Assembly: GCF_000009965.1 (NCBI RefSeq)
Contig: NC_006624.1
Span: forward strand, 330,001-362,000
Direction of reading: 5' to 3'
Source: Thermococcus kodakarensis KOD1
GTDB lineage: Archaea > Methanobacteriota_B > Thermococci > Thermococcales > Thermococcaceae
Length of the DNA stretch: 32,000 nt
The notes under the pieces are model-generated. The model was given only the letters and a program-made list of their open reading frames with translations, was not told where the DNA came from and ran no database searches. The translations under genes were made by a program, and so were the position numbers. The stretch's first letter is position 1. Every line of letters starts with the position of its first letter. Shown here one piece after another: positions 8,731-14,086 of the stretch.

Positions 8731-8870
8731 ATTAGTCCCCCATCTAAGTTTACACACCCACTTAAATAATTTCCGTACGTAATCCTTACGCCCTACCTTA
8801 GTGTTTCAGTTTTACCCTTCTCATACCGCTTAGAATCCAGAGAGGTCAAGGTAAAGCCTGAGAAGGCTAC

Positions 8871-8900
8871 TGAATCAGTCGCTTAACGGTAAACCTTATG
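8871..8900 (+). promoter_or_regulatory. Conserved 30-nt box TGAATCAGTCGCTTAACGGTAAACCTTATG in the divergent intergenic region between the 337-aa gene and AbrB paralog 2
   Basis: 28/30 identical to 11468-11497. Contains a BRE/TATA-like GTAAACCTTATG. Followed by the weak inverted repeat CTTATG-n11-CATAAG. Confidence 0.55.
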
Positions 8901-8952
8901 AGGATTTCAACCATAAGAATAATTCGTAAAATCAGCACACTGAGGTGAGCCA

Positions 8953-9372
8953 ATGAAAGAAACCAAAGAACCACTAGCGAAGTTTCAAGCAAAGATGAAC
9001 AAGGATGGAAGGGTTAGCCTCCCAAAGCAAATAAAGGATGTTCTAGAACTTGAATCAGATGATTACCTAAAGGTTATAATCCGCAAGATAAAAGCAAAAA
9101 AAGATGAGGGAATTATCTATGTTTATGGGCAAGAATTTGCCATCCTAAGGGTTGGAGTCAGAGGATACGTTGTGGTTCCACAGAAGGTTCGTAGACAGCT
9201 CAAACTCAAACCAGATGATAGTGTTGAAATAGTAATCCTCGATTATTATCCATCAACCACCGATCCTCAAAACATTGGAAAGCTAACTGAAGCTACAAGA
9301 TTCAAATATCTTTTTTCACCAGAAACAGGAGATCCAAACGGAACTAGAAAATATGCAGAGGTGGTCTCATGA
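8953..9372 (+). CDS. Tandem SpoVT/AbrB-domain DNA-binding protein, paralog 2
   Basis: MKETKEPLAKFQAK leader. GRVSLPKQIKDVLELESDDYLKVII and RGYVVVPQKVRRQLKLKPDDSVEIVIL halves. GGTGAGCCA precedes the ATG. Confidence 0.7.
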   Translation: MKETKEPLAKFQAKMNKDGRVSLPKQIKDVLELESDDYLKVIIRKIKAKKDEGIIYVYGQEFAILRVGVRGYVVVPQKVRRQLKLKPDDSVEIVILDYYPSTTDPQNIGKLTEATRFKYLFSPETGDPNGTRKYAEVVS

Positions 9373-9794
9373 AAGAAACCAAAGAACCACTAGCGAAATT
9401 TCAAGCAAGGGTTAACAAAGACAACCGCGTAACTATCCCTCGGCCAATCCTCGAAGCATTCGGCCTAAAACAAAACGACTACGTCAAAGTTCTAATCAGA
9501 AAAATCGAAATATCAGACAAAACAGTTACGGTAATCGCTCAAGCCCTTCTGGCAGTGAAAATCGGAAAGTATGGAGCCATAACACTCCCAAAAAAACTCG
9601 TAAAAGAGTTTGAGTTGAGAGAAAACGAGCCGGTTGAAGTCATCATTTTGGATTATTACAAATTCGAGGAGTTAGTAAGTGAAAAAGGCAAAGAGCTTTT
9701 ATCCAAGCTTCAGTCAAGAAACAACTACTGGATTCTTCCGGCCGATTCTCAATATCTGTCTGAGATAGGTATCAAATACAAATATCTTTTTTGA
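9369..9794 (+). CDS. Tandem SpoVT/AbrB-domain DNA-binding protein, paralog 3
   Basis: ATGA overlap with paralog 2. NRVTIPRPILEAFGLKQNDYVKVLI and GAITLPKKLVKEFELRENEPVEVIIL halves. Its first 29 nt are identical to paralog 2, and the first 26 nt are identical across paralogs 2-4. Confidence 0.7.
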   Translation: MKETKEPLAKFQARVNKDNRVTIPRPILEAFGLKQNDYVKVLIRKIEISDKTVTVIAQALLAVKIGKYGAITLPKKLVKEFELRENEPVEVIILDYYKFEELVSEKGKELLSKLQSRNNYWILPADSQYLSEIGIKYKYLF

Positions 9795-9897
9795 GCGTTT
9801 AATATATACATATATATAATAATTCTTGAAAAAGAAGAAAGAAGAGAAGAGATAAGGCATGTTTTCTGTCCGCTGATGGCTTCTTTTCTGAAGGTTA

Positions 9898-9917
9898 AAT
9901 TTTTGTATCCAAAAATT
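9898..9917. repeat. 20-nt perfect palindromic repeat AATTTTTG-TATC-CAAAAATT, copy 1
   Basis: Identical to 10060-10079. 8-bp inverted arms with a 4-nt spacer. Confidence 0.8.
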
Positions 9918-10059
9918 CTGGCTGATTCAACTAGGAAAAGTAACGGCTCTTTGGATGAATAAGACGTTTTTAGAGCTTTGCACTTCTGTGCACTTAACTA
10001 CTTTTGAACGTTGCAAAATTGAGACCTCTAAATTATTACTTATTGTGGTATTTCAGCAG

Positions 10060-10079
10060 AATTTTTGTATCCAAAAATT
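10060..10079. repeat. 20-nt perfect palindromic repeat AATTTTTG-TATC-CAAAAATT, copy 2
   Basis: Identical to 9898-9917, 162 bp away, inside a ~400-bp non-coding AT-rich region. Confidence 0.8.
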
Positions 10080-10155
10080 AGACGTAACAACTCTGCCCAA
10101 CGTTGAACTTCTCCAGCCACACAAAACTTATAAACTTTCCATCCGTACGATTTAT

Positions 10156-10168
10156 GTGGAAATTCCAC
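10156..10168. promoter_or_regulatory. Palindrome GTGGAA-A-TTCCAC preceded by CCGTACGATTTATG; candidate promoter/operator of the 53-aa RHH-like gene
   Basis: Perfect 6-bp arms. The position and flanking CCGTAC-AT-TTA-G motif mirror the site at 12213-12243 upstream of the paralogous RHH gene. Confidence 0.45.
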
Positions 10169-10202
10169 TTAAGTGAAATATCCACAATAAGGTGGTGATG
10201 GG

Positions 10203-10364
10203 ATGCCGAAGAGGAGGAAGTGGAGGGCTGTGAGAAGGATCGAGGTTCAGCTTCCGCCGGAGAAGGCGGATGAGCTTGAGCAGGCTAAGGGAAAGCTCTC
10301 TTGGGGCGACTTCGTTTGGAAACTTTGGGAGTTCTGGAAGCTTCACCACCCTGAAACATCTTGA
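10203..10364 (+). CDS. Small RHH-like protein (53 aa), paralog of the 12266-12433 product; not in the ORF track
   Basis: My translation is MPKRRKWRAVRRIEVQLPPEKADELEQAKGKLSWGDFVWKLWEFWKLHHPETS. It aligns with KRFEAWIPYEVYKEMEAVKQRLGASWSELVQSMWEVYK of the 12266 ORF. GGTGGTGAT SD upstream. Confidence 0.55.
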   Translation: MPKRRKWRAVRRIEVQLPPEKADELEQAKGKLSWGDFVWKLWEFWKLHHPETS

Positions 10365-10375
10365 AGGTGTTATGA

Positions 10376-10552
10376 ATGCCAGCGAAGAGATACCAGCGAC
10401 GTTCAGCAGGCCCTGGACGGCCACGAAAATACGGGGAAGACTTAAAGAAGTTCCAATCTCCAGTTCCCGAATCAACATACGACGGGCTGGTCCCATTATA
10501 CTCGTTGTGCACTGTGCATAATGATTATGCAAGATGCATAACACTTATATAG
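10376..10552 (+). CDS. Small protein (58 aa) with a GPGRPRK AT-hook-like motif; looks like a truncated paralog of the N-terminus of the 12439-13467 product; not in the ORF track
   Basis: My translation is MPAKRYQRRSAGPGRPRKYGEDLKKFQSPVPESTYDGLVPLYSLCTVHNDYARCITLI. The 12439 protein starts MRIPARGPGRPRKWKSP. AGGTG SD 6 nt upstream. Confidence 0.45.
   Translation: MPAKRYQRRSAGPGRPRKYGEDLKKFQSPVPESTYDGLVPLYSLCTVHNDYARCITLI
10515..10531. promoter_or_regulatory. Palindrome TGCATAAT-g-ATTATGCA with a third TGCATA and the TATA-like CTTATATAG; candidate promoter/operator for the 49-aa ORF
   Basis: Perfect 8-bp arms. The TATA-like box at 10544-10552 lies ~32-40 nt upstream of the ATG at 10584. A 12-bp palindrome TTCCGTACGGAA at 10557-10568 lies between them. 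Confidence 0.45.
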
Positions 10553-10583
10553 TTTCTTCCGTACGGAATTATGGTGAGAGAAG

Positions 10584-10733
10584 ATGGCAAAATTTAATGG
10601 GTACGAACTGACCCTAGAAACTCCAGAAGAGCTCCAAAACTTTGTCATGGCATTCGAAAAAGCCAACAAACGCAACCCAAAAGAAGTAGAAGACACCGTT
10701 AAGAGAGCCCTGGCTATCGCCGGCCTTATCTGA
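10584..10733 (+). CDS. Small hypothetical protein (49 aa), convergent with and overlapping the GNAT gene by 8 nt; not in the ORF track
   Basis: GGTGA SD 8 nt upstream of the ATG. My translation is MAKFNGYELTLETPEELQNFVMAFEKANKRNPKEVEDTVKRALAIAGLI. Confidence 0.4.
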   Translation: MAKFNGYELTLETPEELQNFVMAFEKANKRNPKEVEDTVKRALAIAGLI

Positions 10734-11310
10734 GTTCTTTACCTCCCAAATGTTTTATTAAAGCCCTTCTAACTTCCATCGCTTCATTAACAAACGGATA
10801 GAATAATTCATATGTGCCACCCTTAGAAACAACCTGGAATCCACTTGCTAGAGGGTCTCTTTCAGGATTCAAATAAAACCTCTTTGCCACTTTCTTATCA
10901 GCGTGAAGAGACAACCCTACACCACCAATTTGAGCCGCATAAAGAACCGCATAAGGCTTAATTACCTTTGCTAGTAGTTCTCCGCCAATTCTCTTTCCCC
11001 GATATTCCTTCTGAAGACAGAACTGGCCAAGAAGAATAGTGGGCACAGAAGAATACTTGATGTCCATTCCCACCAACTTTACGAGCTTCTTCCTCAAGTC
11101 TTCAATAAGTTCCTTTTTAGATTCTTCCATATCCTTACGGATTTTAAGGCTAACTATAAACGGAGAAAGAGTAAAATAAGAGATGAGTTGACCTTCCTCA
11201 CCAAGAACAACAAAAACCGTTGAAAGGCATCTCCTATGAACATCCCACGCTTCTCGCCTAGCAAACTTCGTCTGCTCTTCTCCACCCTCACCACAATCAA
11301 CACCCCTCAT
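10726..11310 (-). CDS. GNAT-family N-acetyltransferase
   Basis: Acetyl-CoA motif A (LQKEYRGKRIGGELL = Q/R-x-x-G-x-G/A). Size (194 aa) and beta-alpha pattern are typical of GNATs. Confidence 0.65.
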   Translation of the reverse strand: MRGVDCGEGGEEQTKFARREAWDVHRRCLSTVFVVLGEEGQLISYFTLSPFIVSLKIRKDMEESKKELIEDLRKKLVKLVGMDIKYSSVPTILLGQFCLQKEYRGKRIGGELLAKVIKPYAVLYAAQIGGVGLSLHADKKVAKRFYLNPERDPLASGFQVVSKGGTYELFYPFVNEAMEVRRALIKHLGGKELR

Positions 11311-11467
11311 TACTCTGCATTATCCTCTCTCAAAAATTCTACCCGAACCTTCTCTCCAAGAGTATCCAATGTAACTTCGTAGGGTTTTATCATCCCGACA
11401 CCAAACCCAAGTCCCGATGCAGGCTTTAAGTAAATTACGGATGGAAAGATTACTTCGCACTGTCTTG

Positions 11468-11497
11468 TGAATCAGTCACCTAACGGTAAACCTTATG
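11468..11497 (+). promoter_or_regulatory. Conserved 30-nt box TGAATCAGTCACCTAACGGTAAACCTTATG between the GNAT gene and AbrB paralog 4, followed by hairpin TGTATGCCC-ga-GGGCATACA (11496-11515)
   Basis: 28/30 identical to 8871-8900. The 9-bp-arm inverted repeat overlaps its 3' end. Confidence 0.55.
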
Positions 11498-11563
11498 TAT
11501 GCCCGAGGGCATACAAAAAACAAGCAATACACCATTAACTAAAATCCAAAAGAGGGTGAGCCA

Positions 11564-12001
11564 ATGAAAGAAACCAAAGAACCACTAGCAAAATTCCACG
11601 CACGGCTCGATAAGGAAGGGAGGATAGCTATCCCCAAGACAATTAGAGAAGCGTTGAACATAGAGAAGAACGATTACGTTGAGGTTATTGTTCGTAAAAT
11701 TGAGATCAATCCTGAGAAATCAATAATCAAAGTTCTTAAGCAAGGGTATTTGGTAGCCAGGGTAGGAGCTAAAGGGTTAATTTTCCTTCCAGCCGATCTC
11801 AAACGTGATTTCGACCTCCACGAGAAAGATATCATTGAAGTTTTGCTGCTTGGATATCACAAATTTGACGAATTGGTCAGTGAAAAAGGCAAAAAACTGC
11901 TCTCAAAGGTTCAAACATCGGGCAAATGGATTGAGGTCAAGCAGGATGAACTCATTCCAGAGGATAAAGTAATGAAACATTTCACTTATGTTTTTGTTTG
12001 A
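11564..12001 (+). CDS. Tandem SpoVT/AbrB-domain DNA-binding protein, paralog 4
   Basis: MKETKEPLAKFHAR leader. GRIAIPKTIREALNIEKNDYVEVIV and KGLIFLPADLKRDFDLHEKDIIEVLLL halves. The C-terminal FDELVSEKGKKLLSK is shared with paralog 3. Confidence 0.7.
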   Translation: MKETKEPLAKFHARLDKEGRIAIPKTIREALNIEKNDYVEVIVRKIEINPEKSIIKVLKQGYLVARVGAKGLIFLPADLKRDFDLHEKDIIEVLLLGYHKFDELVSEKGKKLLSKVQTSGKWIEVKQDELIPEDKVMKHFTYVFV

Positions 12002-12224
12002 GTTTAATATTAAGTACTTAAAATTAAAGAAAGAGAAAAGAGAAGAATAGAGAAGAGTGTTGGTCTTTTGGCGTATTCTCATGGCTTCTTTAGAACCTCT
12101 CAAATTAATATGCAGGAAAAATATTTCTAATTACTACTATAAAGCGTCATAAGTTGAACTCTTTTGGAGACCCTTATACACTGTTGTCCACGAAATCTTT
12201 TTAAGGAAATCTTCCGTACTATCT

Positions 12225-12243
12225 TACGAGAAATATTCTCGTA
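12225..12243. promoter_or_regulatory. Palindrome TACGAGAA-ata-TTCTCGTA preceded by CTTCCGTACTATCTTACG; candidate promoter/operator of the backbone RHH gene
   Basis: Perfect 8-bp arms ~25 nt upstream of the ATG at 12266. Its architecture parallels 10144-10168. Confidence 0.45.
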
Positions 12244-12265
12244 TGAGAAAAAATCTCGTAAGGTG

Positions 12266-12433
12266 ATGGCAGTGGGAAGGCGGGGGAAGTATGATGGACC
12301 TGTCAAACGCTTCGAAGCGTGGATACCATATGAAGTCTACAAGGAGATGGAGGCTGTAAAACAGCGGTTAGGTGCTTCTTGGTCAGAACTTGTTCAGAGC
12401 ATGTGGGAAGTATACAAAGCTACGAGAAGGTGA
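12266..12433 (+). CDS. Small RHH-like DNA-binding protein (55 aa)
   Basis: The internal ATG at 12266 follows an AT-rich promoter-like region. The track start at 12164 is TTG and spans the palindrome. RFEAWIPYEVYKEMEAVKQRLGASWSELV fits a strand-helix-helix pattern. Confidence 0.55.
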   Translation: MAVGRRGKYDGPVKRFEAWIPYEVYKEMEAVKQRLGASWSELVQSMWEVYKATRR

Positions 12434-12438
12434 ATCTT

Positions 12439-13467
12439 ATGAGAATACCCGCGAGAGGTCCAGGCCGACCAAGAAAATGGAAGAGCCCGCTAATACAATG
12501 GAGAAGCGATGTACCTTTAGAGGATTTTGAATTTGCTGAGGAGAAAAGGACTGAATTGGGCCTCTCGCGGGCAGAATTCTTCCATGCTCTCTTACACCAC
12601 ACCAACTGGAGTGTGGTAGAGCTTCATGCAGAAAATAAAAAGAAAGACGAGCTTCTCGAAGAGAAAGACCGCTACATTGAGGAGCTGGTGAAACTTCTTG
12701 AAAAAGAGCGTCAGGCCCGTGAAAGGGCCGAGAAAGAGGCCGAAGCCTGGAAGCAAAAGTACTACGAGCTTAAGGGCGAGAAGCCAGCCCACACCTACAA
12801 CGAGGGCAAGCTCCTCCGCCAGCTTGCTGAGAACGCGAAGGAAGACGTCTCGTGGGCCGACCTCTGCGCTGAGGTTCTTGACCTAAGAGATGAGAAGAAG
12901 ATGCGCCGGCTCATGAGCCTTGCCTTCAACATCGAGAAGTCGGACAAGAACAACTACAAGAGCATTTTCTACCCGAAGAGGACAGCTCCAGAGTTCAAGG
13001 GTTGGGTTCTCAAGCGTCCGGAGCGCGACGGCCCGGTTCTGCTGGTCGACTACGTCCTCTACAAGGAAGACACCCTCAAGGCGGCTAAGGGCCTCGCTGT
13101 GGGGGAGGCCGCGGCCGAGAAGGTTCCTGAGGTCAAGCCTTTGAAGACCGGAAAGGCGGCCGAGCGCTGGCTTGAGATGTTCTTCGAGGTCGTCCACCGC
13201 AATTACATGGACTTGATCAACCAGAAGCGCGGCAAGGACGCGGTGAAGTACCTGGAAGAGGCCGTGCCGGAGAAGCTTGAGCAGGTCCTCCAGGACATTG
13301 ATCCAGCAGACTGGCGCCGCGCAGTGCTGGCAGTGCTCGATGAGCTTGAGGCCAGGGCTGAAGGGGATGAGAGGTATGAAGTTTTCGTTTCTAACCTGCG
13401 GCGCGTTGTTCTGCGCGCCCTGAACGAGTTTTACGCAAAACCTGCCGAGGTGAAGGCCGATGTCTGA
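12439..13467 (+). CDS. 342-aa protein with N-terminal GPGRPRK AT-hook-like / RHH-like region, a central coiled coil and an unknown C-terminal domain
   Basis: GGTGA SD 6 nt upstream of the ATG at 12439. LSRAEFFHALLHH is RHH-like. EKERQARERAEKEAEAWKQKYYELKGEK is a coiled coil. Confidence 0.6.
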   Translation: MRIPARGPGRPRKWKSPLIQWRSDVPLEDFEFAEEKRTELGLSRAEFFHALLHHTNWSVVELHAENKKKDELLEEKDRYIEELVKLLEKERQARERAEKEAEAWKQKYYELKGEKPAHTYNEGKLLRQLAENAKEDVSWADLCAEVLDLRDEKKMRRLMSLAFNIEKSDKNNYKSIFYPKRTAPEFKGWVLKRPERDGPVLLVDYVLYKEDTLKAAKGLAVGEAAAEKVPEVKPLKTGKAAERWLEMFFEVVHRNYMDLINQKRGKDAVKYLEEAVPEKLEQVLQDIDPADWRRAVLAVLDELEARAEGDERYEVFVSNLRRVVLRALNEFYAKPAEVKADV

Positions 13468-13897
13468 GTTTTCTGGAAGGGAGATTGACTGGAGGGCATC
13501 TAAGCCCCGACTAAGTGAGAGACTCCCGATTTCCAAGAAGACCAAGGAGTACCTCCTGGAGTTCGTCAGAAGCCACAGGAAGGAAGTTGAGACCGTGGAT
13601 GAGGCGATCTTGTTCCTTCTGAGGTTCTACTACCAGCACAGGGGAAAGACCATGAGTGAGGCCGACTTCTGGTCTTGGGTCGCTTCGGAGAAGCGCCGCC
13701 TTGACGCGGTGCTTGAGCAGGTCGAGGAAGTGCCGACCCTGCTGGAGTACATCGAGCGCGAGCTCCAGGTAGCTCGCGACACGGCGTTCTCACTCTCCGC
13801 TCGCGGTGAGAAGGAGAACGCGGCATACTGGACAGGGTACGCCGATGCCTTGGAAGACCTGCTGAAGAAGATTGAAAGAAGGGAGGTGAGGGCATGA
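13460..13897 (+). CDS. Hypothetical protein
   Basis: 8-nt overlap with the upstream gene. GC-rich coding signal. Confidence 0.55.
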   Translation: MSEFSGREIDWRASKPRLSERLPISKKTKEYLLEFVRSHRKEVETVDEAILFLLRFYYQHRGKTMSEADFWSWVASEKRRLDAVLEQVEEVPTLLEYIERELQVARDTAFSLSARGEKENAAYWTGYADALEDLLKKIERREVRA

Positions 13898-14082
13898 GAG
13901 AGTATTCGTTTGTTTTCGTGAAGATAGATGGGGAATGGATAGATGAGGACGATGCGATAGAGGAGTATGGCATGAGTTACGTGGACATGGTTGAGGACTC
14001 TTTCGAGCTGAAAGTCGAGGCAGAGAATTGGAAGGATGCTGAGGAGAAGATCCGCATCGCCGCGGAGGCGCTGAGGAGGTGA
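13894..14082 (+). CDS. Small acidic hypothetical protein
   Basis: ATGA overlap with the upstream gene. Confidence 0.45.
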   Translation: MREYSFVFVKIDGEWIDEDDAIEEYGMSYVDMVEDSFELKVEAENWKDAEEKIRIAAEALRR

Positions 14083-14086
14083 GGGC

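Larger units (their letters stand above)
2750..12260. other. AT-rich cargo island inserted between GC-rich backbone modules of the integrated element
   Basis: The composition shift is visible by eye at ~2745 and ~12260. A short GC-rich patch at 10200-10555 duplicates the backbone module at 12266-12600. All genes in the island are orphan or accessory-type. Confidence 0.6.

Noticed and set aside
9876-9962. Micro-ORFs beginning MAS(F/L) downstream of AbrB paralogs 3 and 4 (9876-9962 and 12082-12153)
   Set aside because: Only the first 3-4 codons are shared, and the rest diverges completely. There is no SD, and the first micro-ORF contains the 20-nt palindrome. The conservation is better explained as a DNA/RNA-level element of the duplicated flank.
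9955-10176. 73-aa plus-strand ORF in the non-coding repeat region
   Set aside because: It has no SD and an AT-rich, odd composition. It is crossed by the 20-nt palindrome copy and by the promoter/palindrome of the 53-aa RHH gene, so the region is more likely regulatory DNA.
10152-10544. 130-aa minus-strand ORF, with 10270-10521 + and 10285-10512 - ORFs, in the GC-rich patch
   Set aside because: Two short plus-strand ORFs in other frames (10203-10364 and 10376-10552) have SD sequences. They also show clear similarity to the 12266/12439 gene pair, which explains the open frames better.
12164-12265. N-terminal extension of the RHH ORF (track start 12164)
   Set aside because: The start would be TTG. 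The extension covers AT-rich promoter-like sequence, including TATA-like boxes and the 19-nt palindrome. The ATG at 12266 gives a protein colinear with its paralog at 10203.
12883-13545. 220-aa minus-strand ORF, plus other long antisense ORFs in the track (e.g. 13630-14166 -, 17537-18184 -, 25377-25892 -, 25931-26548 +, 28265-29119 +, 29368-29874 -, 29871-30419 -)
   Set aside because: Each lies entirely antisense to a gene with a clear family signature or strong SD/overlap context. In GC-rich coding DNA the antisense frame is often open. Their translations are low-complexity (Leu/Arg/Ser/Pro-rich) without motifs.
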